Under the pieces are notes generated by a model, which did not search any database, had not been told where the DNA came from, and was given only the letters and a program-made list of their open reading frames with translations. A DNA stretch of 64,000 nt from an uncultured Porphyromonadaceae bacterium (lineage in GTDB: Bacteria > Bacteroidota > Bacteroidia > Bacteroidales > Muribaculaceae). Of the stretch, positions 17,951 to 27,456 are shown piece after piece (the first letter of the stretch is position 1; every line of letters begins with the position of its first letter). Made by a program: the position numbers and the translations under genes. The stretch spans positions 52,283-116,282 of the forward strand of contig CABTZK010000003.1 in NCBI GenBank assembly GCA_902489275.1. Reading direction: 5' to 3'.

Positions 17951-19033
17951 TCAAGGGGCTTTGGGCGCTTGAACAGCAGGTGTGCCAGCTGGCGGCGGGG
18001 TGATGGGCTTGAGGTCTCTCACCTTAGGCGCGGCAGGCTTCTCCTTCGAGACGTCTTGCTGCATGGCGGCCGATTCCTTGGCGGCTTCAAGCGCTTTCTT
18101 CTTTTCCAGTTCTATCTTCCTCGTCGAGTCACGCCGCAGCCTTTGAGCCCTCCGCAGGGAGTCCTTTTTCAGTTGAACCCCAGCCAGCGAGTCACGCTTG
18201 GCTTTCAGTGCGGCAGAATCTACGGCAAACGAGATTTTGGCATGATCGGGCGCCTTGTCGGTGACCAAGCTATCGGGATCGACGGTGGCATGATGGCCTG
18301 TGTCCGAGAATGGGTTGGCTGTGAGCACCCAGGTCGCCGCTCCCACGACCGCCGCTGCCAGCAGCGCATAAAGCATGCGCTTGGGCTTGATGAATGCGAA
18401 TGAGGGCATCGACGCTCCGCCGCCCTGTGCCTCCTCGACACGCACGAACGCTAAGGCTGGCGTGTGCCCGCCGTCGGTCTTCGACGGTTTGAGTATTTGG
18501 GCGATGTCGGCCAGCTTGTCATGGTCGTCCTTGCCCGCATCGCACATCGTCTTTCTCACGGCCTTGACCTCAATGTTCTCGGCCGTGCAGAGCACAATGT
18601 AGTCGCCGGCTCTCAGGTCCTTGATGAGCTCGACCTTGGCCTTGCTGCTATAGATGTCAAGCACTTGCGCTCTTGAGTCATACTCGATTTCCTGCGTGCT
18701 GGGGCGCACTTGAAGCACGCGGCTCTTGCCCATTTGAGCCACAAGGCATCCCGCGCGGCTAACGACAGCCATGGCCAAGTTGCATGACCTCACGCGGTGG
18801 TCGGGGCAGTTGAGCGCGTGGTTTAAGGCCGCCTTGAACTCCTCGTGGGCGAAAGCCTTGGCCAGGTCACAGTTAGAGCAGATGTGGCTGTACAGCTCGC
18901 TGGCGACACGCTCGTCGTCACACGCGATGAGGATGGCGTGATCACCGGCAAGCGGCTGGTCGCTGGCGGGCAAAACCACGTCATGGTCGCTGTGAATCAC
19001 AAGGGGTGCGTATAATTTAATTTTCATACCCAT
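17951..19033 (-). CDS. Membrane-anchored protein with degenerate PP2C-like N-terminal domain and Lys/Ala-rich C-terminal region
   Basis: N-terminal ~200 aa give weak PPM-like matches (AQMGKSRVLQVR, GDYIVLCTAENI). One TM (MLYALLAAAVVGAATWVL). Low-complexity basic tail. Confidence 0.35.
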   Translation of the reverse strand: MGMKIKLYAPLVIHSDHDVVLPASDQPLAGDHAILIACDDERVASELYSHICSNCDLAKAFAHEEFKAALNHALNCPDHRVRSCNLAMAVVSRAGCLVAQMGKSRVLQVRPSTQEIEYDSRAQVLDIYSSKAKVELIKDLRAGDYIVLCTAENIEVKAVRKTMCDAGKDDHDKLADIAQILKPSKTDGGHTPALAFVRVEEAQGGGASMPSFAFIKPKRMLYALLAAAVVGAATWVLTANPFSDTGHHATVDPDSLVTDKAPDHAKISFAVDSAALKAKRDSLAGVQLKKDSLRRAQRLRRDSTRKIELEKKKALEAAKESAAMQQDVSKEKPAAPKVRDLKPITPPPAGTPAVQAPKAP

Positions 19034-19056
19034 CTAAATCTTTTTTCAATCCATGA

Positions 19057-19064
19057 CAAAGATA
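19057..19064 (-). promoter_or_regulatory. -7 promoter box (TATCTTTG)
   Basis: Exact TAnnTTTG on the minus strand, 24 nt upstream of ATG 19033. Confidence 0.5.
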
Positions 19065-19280
19065 CAAATTTATTGCTGGACTGGATGAGAATATAAAGAA
19101 AAATAATAAACTTGTGGTCTTTTTTTTGCTATCGTTAAAGATTCTGCACCTCATGCCTTGCGCCTTCTTGGCGATATGTGATTTTGGAGTGGTTTCTGTC
19201 AAAAATTCTTCGTTTAGATAAAAAAAGGAATTGGACACTCGAAAAGGGGGAAAATCCTTTGTCGCATAGAAGATTTTGCG

Positions 19281-19288
19281 TAATTTTG
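19281..19288 (+). promoter_or_regulatory. -7 promoter box (TAATTTTG)
   Basis: Exact TAnnTTTG, 55 nt upstream of the nifJ ATG. Confidence 0.5.
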
Positions 19289-19342
19289 CCCATTAATTAT
19301 GAACACTTCAAACTATTTCAATTTTAATCCTATTACAAAATC

Positions 19343-22300
19343 ATGAGTAATTCAAAAAAATTCATGACCTGTGATGGTAATACCGCTGCTGCGCACATCA
19401 GCTACATGTTTACCGATGTCGCAGCCATTTACCCAATCACCCCGTCATCACCAATGGCTGAGCATGTCGACGAATGGGCAGCTGCTGGTCGTAAAAACAT
19501 CTTTGGCGAACTTGTCACCGTTCAGGAAATGCAGAGCGAGGCCGGTGCCGCTGGCGCTGTGCACGGCTCGCTCCAGGCAGGTGCGCTCACAACCACCTAC
19601 ACGGCATCGCAAGGCTTGTTGCTGATGATTCCTAACATGTACAAAATTGCAGGCGAATTGCTCCCTGGCGTGTTTCACGTGTCGGCCCGCACGCTGGCCT
19701 CTCACACGCTCTGCATCTTTGGTGACCACCAGGATGTGATGGCCACTCGCCAGACGGGCTTCGCCATGCTGTGCGAGGGCTCGGTGCAGGAGGTGATGGA
19801 CCTGTCGGCTGTCGCTCACTTGAGCGCCATCAAGAGCAGTGTGCCATTCCTAAACTTCTTTGACGGTTTCCGCACGAGCCACGAGATTCAGAAGGTCGAG
19901 GCGCTGCAGCAGGAAGATCTTGAGCCTCTGCTCGACCGCGAGGCACTGGCTCGTTTCCGCCAGCGTGCCATGAACCCCGACAGGCCAGTCACCCGCGGCA
20001 CCAACGAGAACCCCGATGTGTTCTTCCAGCACCGCGAGTCGTCTAACGAATACTACCATGCGATTCCTGCCGTCGTCGAGGACTATCTGAAGAAAATCAG
20101 CGACCTCACGGGTCGTAAATATGGACTTTTCGACTACTATGGCGCCAAGGATGCCGACCGTGTGATCATTGCCATGGGCTCGGTCACCGAGGCCATTCGC
20201 GAGGCCATCGACTACCTCACCGAGAAAGGGGAGAAAGTGGGCTTGGTCTCGGTGCGCCTGTATCGCCCGTTCTCGGCCAAGCACTTCTTGGCAGCCGTGC
20301 CCAACACCGCCAAGCGCATTGCCGTGCTTGACCGCACGAAAGAGCCCGGCGCCAATGGCGACCCGCTGTATCTCGACGTGAAAGACTGCTTCTATGGCAG
20401 CGAGAACGCCCCACTCATCGTGGGCGGCCGATATGGTTTGGGATCGAAAGACACCACCCCATCGCAGATGCTGGCGGTCTACGAGAATCTCGCGCTCCCC
20501 ATGCCAAAGAACCACTTCACCGTGGGCATTGTTGACGATGTGACGTTCACAAGCCTGCCTCCAAAAGAAGAGATTGCCATGGGCGGAGCCGGCATGTTTC
20601 AGGCCAAGTTCTACGGCTTGGGCGCCGACGGCACGGTGGGTGCCAACAAAAACAGCGTGAAGATTATCGGCGAGAACACCGACAAGTATTGCCAAGCCTA
20701 CTTCTCCTACGACTCTAAGAAATCGGGAGGCTTCACGTGCTCGCACTTGCGTTTTGGCGACACTCCCATTCGCTCTACCTACTTGGTGACCACGCCTAAC
20801 TTTGTGGCATGCCATGTTCAGGCCTACCTGCACATGTACGACGTGACCCGCGGCCTGCAAAAGAATGGCACTTTCCTGCTCAATACCGTTTGGGAGGGAG
20901 ATGGTTTGGCCAAGAACCTGCCTAACCGCGTGAAAAAATACGTTGCCGACAACAATATTAAGGTATTCTACATCAACGCGACCAAAATCGCGCAGGAAAT
21001 TGGCTTGGGCAACCGCACCAACACCATCTTGCAATCGGCCTTCTTCCGTATCACCAACGTGATTCCTGTTGACCTTGCTGTCAAGCAGATGAAGGAGTTC
21101 ATCGTGAAGTCCTACGGCCGCAAGGGCGAGGATGTGGTCAACAAGAACTACCAAGCCGTTGACCGCGGTGGCGAGTACAAGGAACTCGCTGTTGACCCAG
21201 CATGGAGCAACCTCGCCATTAACGACGGCATCAAGGACGACGCTCCTGCTTTCATCAACGAGATTGTCCGTCCCATCAACGCCCAAGACGGCGACCTGCT
21301 GCCCGTGAGCGCATTCAAGGGCTTAGAGGATGGCACTTGGCAAAATGGCACTTCAAAATTTGAGAAACGCGGTGTCGCGACCTTCGTTCCCTTGTGGGAT
21401 GCCGAGAACTGCATTCAATGCAACAAGTGCGCGTTTGTTTGTCCTCACGCCGCTATCCGCCCATTCCTGATGAATGAGCAAGAGGCCAGCCAGTCTCCAT
21501 TTGACCAGGCCAGCCAGCTGCCTGCCATCGGCAAGGCTTTCGAGGGATTGAAGTTTGTGCAGGTTGTCGATGTGATGGACTGCATGGGCTGCGGCAACTG
21601 CGCCAATGTGTGCCCCGGCAAGCGCAACAAGGAGACCGGCAAGAATATGCCTGCCCTCCAAATGATTCCTCTCATGGGCAACGAAGACAAGCAAAACCTC
21701 TGGGACTACTGCATCAACAATGTGACCAGCAAGCAAAGTCTTGTCGATATCAAGTCGAATGTGAAAAACTCGCAATTCGCCACTCCACTCTTTGAGTTCA
21801 ATGGCGCTTGCTCGGGTTGTGGCGAGACCCCGTACGTGAAACTCATCAGCCAGCTCTTTGGCGACCGCGAGATGGTGGCCAACGCTACTGGGTGCTCGTC
21901 GATTTATTCAGCCGCTGTACCCTCAACACCTTATACCACCAACGAGAAAGGCCACGGTCCCGCTTGGGCCAACTCCCTGTTTGAGGACTTCTGTGAGTTT
22001 GGACTGGGCATGACCGTTGCCGATGAGAAATTGCGCGCTCGCGTGAAAGCCCTTGTCGAAGAGGCCATCGCTTGCGAAAGCGTGAATGCCGAAGTGAAAG
22101 CCCTCTACCAAGAGTGGCTCGACAACTTCAACGATGGCGCGAAGAGCCGCGAGTTGAGCGACAAGATTTTGAAAGCTATCGAAAATAGCGAGAGTCCTGT
22201 CGATAAGCAGGTGAAAGCCTTAGGGCAATATCTTGTGAAACGCTCACAGTGGATTATCGGTGGCGACGGCGCTTCCTACGACATTGGCTTTGGCGGTCTC

Positions 22301-22918
22301 GACCACGTGGTGGCCAGCGGTAAGAACGTGAATATCCTCGTTCTCGATACCGAGGTTTACAGCAACACGGGCGGTCAGGCATCGAAGGCAACCCCCATTG
22401 GCGCTATTGCTAAGTTTGCCGCTGCCGGCAAGCGAGTTCGCAAGAAGGACCTGGGCTTGATTGCGTCTACTTACGGCTACGTCTATGTCGCGCAAATCGC
22501 TATGGGTGCCGACAACATGCAGGCACTCAAGGCCATTCGCGAGGCCGAGGCCTACGATGGGCCATCGCTCATCATCGCCTACGCGCCCTGCATCAACCAC
22601 GGCTTGAAAGCCGGCATGGGCAGGTCGCAAGCCGAGCAGGCCAAGGCTGTCGCATGTGGCTACTGGCACCTGTGGCGCTACAACCCCATGCTGGAAGAAG
22701 AGGGCAAGAACCCCTTCACGCTCGACAGCAAGGAGCCTAACTGGGACGACTTTGAGGACTTCCTGAAAGGCGAGGTGCGCTACGCATCGGTCTTGAAGCA
22801 ATATCCTGCCGAAGCCGACGAGCTCTTCCGTGCTGCCAAGAGCAATGCGCAGTGGCGCTACAACAACTACCGCCGTCTTGCCCAGCAGCAGTGGGGCGTG
22901 AATTCTGAAACGAAGTGA
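19343..22918 (+). CDS. nifJ: Pyruvate:ferredoxin (flavodoxin) oxidoreductase
   Basis: 1191-aa single-chain PFOR. Two ferredoxin-type clusters, CIQCNKCAFVCPHAA and CMGCGNCANVCP, plus the TPP motif GGDGASYDIGFGG. Confidence 0.95.
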   Translation: MSNSKKFMTCDGNTAAAHISYMFTDVAAIYPITPSSPMAEHVDEWAAAGRKNIFGELVTVQEMQSEAGAAGAVHGSLQAGALTTTYTASQGLLLMIPNMYKIAGELLPGVFHVSARTLASHTLCIFGDHQDVMATRQTGFAMLCEGSVQEVMDLSAVAHLSAIKSSVPFLNFFDGFRTSHEIQKVEALQQEDLEPLLDREALARFRQRAMNPDRPVTRGTNENPDVFFQHRESSNEYYHAIPAVVEDYLKKISDLTGRKYGLFDYYGAKDADRVIIAMGSVTEAIREAIDYLTEKGEKVGLVSVRLYRPFSAKHFLAAVPNTAKRIAVLDRTKEPGANGDPLYLDVKDCFYGSENAPLIVGGRYGLGSKDTTPSQMLAVYENLALPMPKNHFTVGIVDDVTFTSLPPKEEIAMGGAGMFQAKFYGLGADGTVGANKNSVKIIGENTDKYCQAYFSYDSKKSGGFTCSHLRFGDTPIRSTYLVTTPNFVACHVQAYLHMYDVTRGLQKNGTFLLNTVWEGDGLAKNLPNRVKKYVADNNIKVFYINATKIAQEIGLGNRTNTILQSAFFRITNVIPVDLAVKQMKEFIVKSYGRKGEDVVNKNYQAVDRGGEYKELAVDPAWSNLAINDGIKDDAPAFINEIVRPINAQDGDLLPVSAFKGLEDGTWQNGTSKFEKRGVATFVPLWDAENCIQCNKCAFVCPHAAIRPFLMNEQEASQSPFDQASQLPAIGKAFEGLKFVQVVDVMDCMGCGNCANVCPGKRNKETGKNMPALQMIPLMGNEDKQNLWDYCINNVTSKQSLVDIKSNVKNSQFATPLFEFNGACSGCGETPYVKLISQLFGDREMVANATGCSSIYSAAVPSTPYTTNEKGHGPAWANSLFEDFCEFGLGMTVADEKLRARVKALVEEAIACESVNAEVKALYQEWLDNFNDGAKSRELSDKILKAIENSESPVDKQVKALGQYLVKRSQWIIGGDGASYDIGFGGLDHVVASGKNVNILVLDTEVYSNTGGQASKATPIGAIAKFAAAGKRVRKKDLGLIASTYGYVYVAQIAMGADNMQALKAIREAEAYDGPSLIIAYAPCINHGLKAGMGRSQAEQAKAVACGYWHLWRYNPMLEEEGKNPFTLDSKEPNWDDFEDFLKGEVRYASVLKQYPAEADELFRAAKSNAQWRYNNYRRLAQQQWGVNSETK

Positions 22919-22947
22919 TCACGCACAGTGACGATTGACCAATGATA

Positions 22948-22987
22948 AAGGCTGTGCCACGGCGCAATTGCAACATGGCACAGCCTT
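22948..22987 (+). terminator. Terminator hairpin after nifJ
   Basis: AAGGCTGTGCCA (22948-22959) pairs perfectly with TGGCACAGCCTT (22976-22987), followed by GTTTAATTT. Confidence 0.6.
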
Positions 22988-23007
22988 GTTTAATTTCTCA
23001 AAGAAAA

Positions 23008-23484
23008 ATGCGAAAATCCAACTATTTCATCATCGCCGCGCTGGCAGCATTGGCGATGTCATGCGCCAAGACTGCCGATAGCGACACGGCCAAGCCTTCC
23101 CATCCTGCTGCCGACACCACCGAGAACGCCATGATGAATGATGGCCTCGCGCCCATCGAGGAGGCTCCTGGCGACACCACAGCCACTGCCGAGCCGCTTG
23201 ACGAGCGCGCGCCAGAGGGGTCGCCGCTGGAGCAAACCAAAGAAATCTTTCATCAAGGCATGAAGGATTTCAATGCTTGCAAAAGGGCCGATGATGTTTA
23301 CCAGGCAGTTTCCAAGTTTGTCAAGAATCAAGGCCGTCTCAGTCTCCTGCAAGACAAAATGACCCCTAAAGAAAGAGCAGAGGCAGAAAAGTTGGGCGCA
23401 GAATTTGCTAAGGTCATCAGCAAGACCATCCAAAAGCATCATTGCGACCAAACCAAGATCGATCAGATTTTCTCGGGCATGTAG
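23008..23484 (+). CDS. Hypothetical lipoprotein
   Basis: Start moved to MRKSNYFIIAALAALAMSC (lipobox) because the track start at 22942 lies inside the nifJ terminator. No recognisable domain. Confidence 0.5.
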   Translation: MRKSNYFIIAALAALAMSCAKTADSDTAKPSHPAADTTENAMMNDGLAPIEEAPGDTTATAEPLDERAPEGSPLEQTKEIFHQGMKDFNACKRADDVYQAVSKFVKNQGRLSLLQDKMTPKERAEAEKLGAEFAKVISKTIQKHHCDQTKIDQIFSGM

Positions 23485-23592
23485 CGTCACCAGGCTCTCG
23501 CGCCGGGGCGTTTTTAGGCGATTGGGGCAAAAAAATGGGGAAATCCCACTTTTGATGCGTCGTTTCGCAAAAATTGGCCTGTTGCTCGCCAA

Positions 23593-24156
23593 CTAATGAG
23601 TGGTGACGCGCCCCCCAAAGAGGCAATGCTGTGTCCAGAACTTTTGTCTCATGTCACTGATTATCACGCCACGCGATGATGTGGCATGGGCTATCTTGTT
23701 CTCTTTCAGGTAAATCGCAACGTGATTGATTCCCCGGTTGGGGTCATTGCTGGTGTTGAAAAACACCAAGTCTCCCTCTCTCAATTGGCTTAGGCGAATC
23801 CTCTTGCAATTCTCTTCAAAAATTTTGGCAGAATTTCGCTCAATGTCAATGTGGTAAACCTTCTTGTAGATTTCCATCACAAATCCAGAGCAATCAGTGC
23901 CTTTACGGCTGCGCCCGCCATAAAGGTAGGGCGCTCCCAGCCAAGACTTGATTTCACGGTAGAGGCGTTTGTTGTCATGGCGGTCGAGGGTGATGTCAAG
24001 GCTGCTCCATTTCTTGTCAACGGTCATGCCGCCCTTCCCAGAGCCGTCGGGCCCGGTAATGATTGCCCGGTGCGAGTGACACGACACCGCAAGCAGGGCG
24101 ATTGCCGTGGTCAAGAGCATTGAAAGGCAATATCGGAATATGCGCGTCCTTTTCAT
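23593..24156 (-). CDS. NlpC/P60 (C40) family peptidoglycan peptidase lipoprotein
   Basis: Lipobox LAVSC. Catalytic GTDCSGFV Cys and INHVAIYL His motifs. Confidence 0.8.
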   Translation of the reverse strand: MKRTRIFRYCLSMLLTTAIALLAVSCHSHRAIITGPDGSGKGGMTVDKKWSSLDITLDRHDNKRLYREIKSWLGAPYLYGGRSRKGTDCSGFVMEIYKKVYHIDIERNSAKIFEENCKRIRLSQLREGDLVFFNTSNDPNRGINHVAIYLKENKIAHATSSRGVIISDMRQKFWTQHCLFGGRVTTH

Positions 24157-24257
24157 GACAATGAAGGAAAATGTGCTAAAGACAAGGGATTTTGCTCATC
24201 TCCAGCACATTGAATTCGTTCAATTCACCCTTGCGACGAAGTAAGGTGAGATTAAGA

Positions 24258-24707
24258 TTATTGATCCTTTTTACTACTTGTTGCGTCTTCGGCCTCTGTG
24301 GCTTCATCGGCATTTTCCTCTTCGGTAAATTTGGTGAAACCTGCGTTTACCAAAATGTTGTACCAAGTAATGACTTTCTTGATATCAGTTTTGTACACAC
24401 GGTCCTCGTCAAATGTGGGCAGCACTTCCTTGAAAAATGCGCCGAGTTCTTGAGGGGTCTTATATAGGCTGGCATCCAATAGCTTGCCATCAAATTTCGA
24501 GTAGATTGTTTCAAAAACTTGAGCTAATGGCATATCGTCACCCGTGGTGTAGATGGCGACATCGCCTAACGAAATCATCTTGTCACGAGCGCTTGCAGGC
24601 ATGCGTTTTCCGTCGAGGATACTTTCTACGATAACCGCTTTTTTGCCGTAGGACAACAGTTTGAACAAGCCCTGCTTGCCTGAAATAGATAAAATTTTCT
24701 TTAACAT
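24258..24707 (-). CDS. DUF5606-like protein
   Basis: MLKKILSISGKQGLFKLLSYGKKAVIVESI N-terminus matches my memory of DUF5606. Acidic tail. Confidence 0.5.
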   Translation of the reverse strand: MLKKILSISGKQGLFKLLSYGKKAVIVESILDGKRMPASARDKMISLGDVAIYTTGDDMPLAQVFETIYSKFDGKLLDASLYKTPQELGAFFKEVLPTFDEDRVYKTDIKKVITWYNILVNAGFTKFTEEENADEATEAEDATSSKKDQ

Positions 24708-24751
24708 AAGTTTGAATGTTTCAAATCAATTTTCAAAATAGTATAGACATG

Positions 24752-24759
24752 CAAAGTTA
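24752..24759 (-). promoter_or_regulatory. -7 promoter box (TAACTTTG)
   Basis: Exact TAnnTTTG on the minus strand, 45 nt upstream of ATG 24707. Confidence 0.5.
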
Positions 24760-24861
24760 GCGATTTTTTTCTTTTGCCCATTCATGGCCGAGACCTTTAA
24801 CGAAAAATATAGATTACTTTAACAATTTAATGTGCCTATTGGTTATCTCAACGTTTTAGTG

Positions 24862-24869
24862 TAAGTTTG
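24862..24869 (+). promoter_or_regulatory. -7 promoter box (TAAGTTTG)
   Basis: Exact TAnnTTTG, only 5 nt before the annotated tilS GTG. Confidence 0.45.
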
Positions 24870-24873
24870 CATC

Positions 24874-26211
24874 GTGATACAGCAAATAGCTCATTACATA
24901 GGCTCTAATCGGCTGATATTGCAGGGTGACAAGGTTCTTGTGGCCCTGAGCGGCGGCGCCGACTCGGTGGCGCTTTTACTGGTGCTGCAAGAGTTGGGGT
25001 ACGGCTGTGAGGCCGCGCACTGCAACTTCCACTTGCGTGGCGAGGAGTCACTGCGCGACGAGCGCTTTGTGCGCCGTTTGTGCCAGCGTTGCCACATTCC
25101 TCTTCACGTGCGTGATTTCGATGCGACAGCCTACGCACGCACTCATGGTGTCTCGATAGAGATGGCGTGCCGTGAATTGCGCTACCAGTGGTTTGAGCAG
25201 CTGCTCGTCCATGAGCGTTGCCAAGTGATTGCTGTGGCTCACCACCGTGACGACAATATTGAGACTTTCTTTCTCAATGCCATTCGCGCTTCGGGCATCG
25301 CCGGGCTTGCCGGCATGAGGTCACGCAACGGCCATGTCGTGAGACCGCTTTTGGGAGTCTCTCGCCAGCAAGTCTTAGGCTTCCTGGCTGCAAGGGGGCA
25401 GGATTTTGTAACCGATAGCACCAATCTTGTGAGCGATGTGAAACGCAACCGCCTGCGCAATATCGTGCTGCCGGCAATCTACGGGCAATTCCCTGGTGCC
25501 GCAACGACTTTAGAGAAAACCATCGCGTATGCCCGCGAGGGGACCGACCTCCTGCACGAGTTGCTCGACAAGGCCTCAGCGGCAATTTGTCAAACTGCCG
25601 GCGACGGCTTCGATGTGAGCCTCAAGGAGCTGATGGCCTATCAAAATGCCCCTGGATTGCTGTATGGGTTACTGAAGCCTTACGGGTTTAACCATCATCA
25701 ATGCGAAAGCCTCATCAGGGCGGCACGAGGTGAGACGGGCATTGGGCGCAAAGTGGAAAACAAGGATTATGTGGCCATTGTGGGGCGCACCATGATTGAA
25801 GTCATCAAACTTAAAGAAAAAAATGATTATCCTGTGGTAATCGGATTGGAAAACAGTGAAATAGACGAACCTATTAAGCTCATGGTCGAGCATTGCCTGA
25901 ATCGTCGTTTCAACCCAAAGGCCGTTGATGGGAAGCGTGTGATCGCGCTCGACTGCGAGGTGCTGAAATGTAGCCGTGTGGTGTTGCGGCACTGGCATGA
26001 GGGCGACCGCTTTTCGCCTTTTGGCATGAGGGGCAGCAAACTGGTGAGTGACTTGTTCACCGACTTGAAATTGAGTGAACGCGACAAGCGCAAGGCCTGG
26101 ATTCTTGAGGCCGATGGGCAGATTCTGTGGGTGGTGGGCTACCGGGCCAGCAGTCATTACCGGGTTGCCCCTGGCAGCAATGGCGAGTTCTTGCTGCTTG
26201 CCATGGGGTAA
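24874..26211 (+). CDS. tilS: tRNA(Ile)-lysidine synthase
   Basis: PP-loop VALSGGADSVALL; 445 aa with TilS C-terminal domain. The start codon is uncertain (GTG at 24874). Confidence 0.85.
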   Translation: MIQQIAHYIGSNRLILQGDKVLVALSGGADSVALLLVLQELGYGCEAAHCNFHLRGEESLRDERFVRRLCQRCHIPLHVRDFDATAYARTHGVSIEMACRELRYQWFEQLLVHERCQVIAVAHHRDDNIETFFLNAIRASGIAGLAGMRSRNGHVVRPLLGVSRQQVLGFLAARGQDFVTDSTNLVSDVKRNRLRNIVLPAIYGQFPGAATTLEKTIAYAREGTDLLHELLDKASAAICQTAGDGFDVSLKELMAYQNAPGLLYGLLKPYGFNHHQCESLIRAARGETGIGRKVENKDYVAIVGRTMIEVIKLKEKNDYPVVIGLENSEIDEPIKLMVEHCLNRRFNPKAVDGKRVIALDCEVLKCSRVVLRHWHEGDRFSPFGMRGSKLVSDLFTDLKLSERDKRKAWILEADGQILWVVGYRASSHYRVAPGSNGEFLLLAMG

Positions 26212-26885
26212 AGTAAAGCGCTCAGGCGCGCCAAAATCGCATTCAGGCTAGGCTCGTTTTTAATCAGCACCTGGTGTTCCTCTCCCAGCAAGTAGAAAGT
26301 GGGCAGGGTGGGGAGGAAGTAGGTTTCCTCTTCCTCAATGGCTTGGCTTTTGTCCCAGCCATTGATCACGTAATGCGGCATCGAGGTCTGCCGCCAGTGC
26401 TTCTCGTCATCTCCTGGGTAGATGGCAATCACCTGCACGCTATCGTGTTTCAGCATTTCACAGGTGTCAAGGCGCGATTTCACGAGTTGGCAGGCGTCAC
26501 AGTCGGGGTCATTGAAATAGAGCAGCGTCAAGGGTGCCTTGTAGTCGCTCAGGCGGTGCGCGCGATTGTCCACTTCCACAAAGGCAATGTCATGTGCTGG
26601 CTGGCCGATGCGATTTTTCAGCGCCCAGTCCAGCAAGAGCCGGGGCCGGATGCGCTCTGAGTCGCTTAGCAACTTGCACGAAATGATGTTGTTGAGCGCA
26701 TGGATACAAGAATCCTCTGCTGCCGTCGAGCCAAAGGGGGCTTGAAGCCGTTTCTCGACTTTCTCGAGAGCATCGAGGCACGACTTGCGATGAGCAAAAC
26801 AGCCGTTTTCAGCCTTTATCGTCCACCTGTTGCCAGCCACAACGACGATAAGCATGAAAAACGTTATGATGGTGGTCCGTTTCAT
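26157..26885 (-). CDS. Thioredoxin-fold protein (TlpA-like, DUF5106-type N-terminus)
   Basis: CDAC (CxxC) motif in a thioredoxin-like C-terminal half and a signal/anchor N-terminus. Start set at MKRTTIITFF (26885) because the TATATTTG box at 26906-26913 lies inside the longer ORF. Confidence 0.6.
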   Translation of the reverse strand: MKRTTIITFFMLIVVVAGNRWTIKAENGCFAHRKSCLDALEKVEKRLQAPFGSTAAEDSCIHALNNIISCKLLSDSERIRPRLLLDWALKNRIGQPAHDIAFVEVDNRAHRLSDYKAPLTLLYFNDPDCDACQLVKSRLDTCEMLKHDSVQVIAIYPGDDEKHWRQTSMPHYVINGWDKSQAIEEEETYFLPTLPTFYLLGEEHQVLIKNEPSLNAILARLSALLYPMASSKNSPLLPGATR

Positions 26886-26905
26886 CGATTTTCTCGTTTT
26901 ACTTG

Positions 26906-26913
26906 CAAATATA
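26906..26913 (-). promoter_or_regulatory. -7 promoter box (TATATTTG)
   Basis: Exact TAnnTTTG on the minus strand, 21 nt upstream of ATG 26885. Confidence 0.5.
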
Positions 26914-26926
26914 GCGGAATTTGCCG

Positions 26927-26934
26927 TAACTTTG
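26927..26934 (+). promoter_or_regulatory. -7 promoter box (TAACTTTG)
   Basis: Exact TAnnTTTG, 22 nt upstream of the ybaK ATG. Confidence 0.55.
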
Positions 26935-26955
26935 TATTCCAAAGAGCGCTAAAAG

Positions 26956-27456
26956 ATGAAAAAGATAGCAAAAACCAATGCGGCGAGATTGCTCGACCGC
27001 GCAAGAGTGGACTATGAGCTTATCCCCTACGAGGTGGTGGAGAGCGACTTGAGCGCTGGCCACATCGCTCAGACGCTGGGCGAGGACATCTGCCGCGTGT
27101 TCAAGACCTTGGTGCTATATGGCGAGCGTTCGGGGCATTTCGTGTGCGTGGTGCCTGGCGAGGAAGAGGTAGACCTGAAAAAGGCCGCAAGAGTGAGCGG
27201 CAATAAGAAATGCGACCTGATTCACATGAAAGATTTGCTGGCGACAACGGGCTACATCAGGGGCGGATGCTCTCCCGTGGGCATGAAGAAGCCGTTTCCC
27301 ACCTTTTTCCACCAGAGCTGCATGGAATTTGGCGCGATCTATGTGAGCGCAGGACAGCGTGGCCTGCAATTCAAAATCAATCCTCGCGATTTGGTCAACT
27401 ATACGGGAGCAACAGTGTGCGACTTGATTGTAAGCAAAAACGAAGATGATGCGTAA
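26956..27456 (+). CDS. ybaK: Cys-tRNA(Pro)/Cys-tRNA(Cys) deacylase YbaK
   Basis: 166 aa YbaK/EbsC-type: KTNAARLLD...Y, and TGYIRGGCSPVG. Confidence 0.75.
   Translation: MKKIAKTNAARLLDRARVDYELIPYEVVESDLSAGHIAQTLGEDICRVFKTLVLYGERSGHFVCVVPGEEEVDLKKAARVSGNKKCDLIHMKDLLATTGYIRGGCSPVGMKKPFPTFFHQSCMEFGAIYVSAGQRGLQFKINPRDLVNYTGATVCDLIVSKNEDDA

Noticed and set aside
19850-21286. 478-aa ORF antisense to nifJ. Similar long antisense ORFs occur at 7822-8502, 9340-10065, 13852-14733, 15103-16116, 16871-17887, 27758-28630, 43424-44350 and 47400-48305.
   Set aside because: These are shadow ORFs expected opposite genes with G/C-rich third positions. Each lies wholly inside a confidently identified gene, and their translations are low-complexity (Arg/Ala/Gly/His-rich) with no motifs.
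22942-23007. N-terminal extension of the lipoprotein ORF
   Set aside because: The extension starts inside the 12-bp-stem nifJ terminator hairpin. The downstream Met gives a canonical lipoprotein signal peptide.
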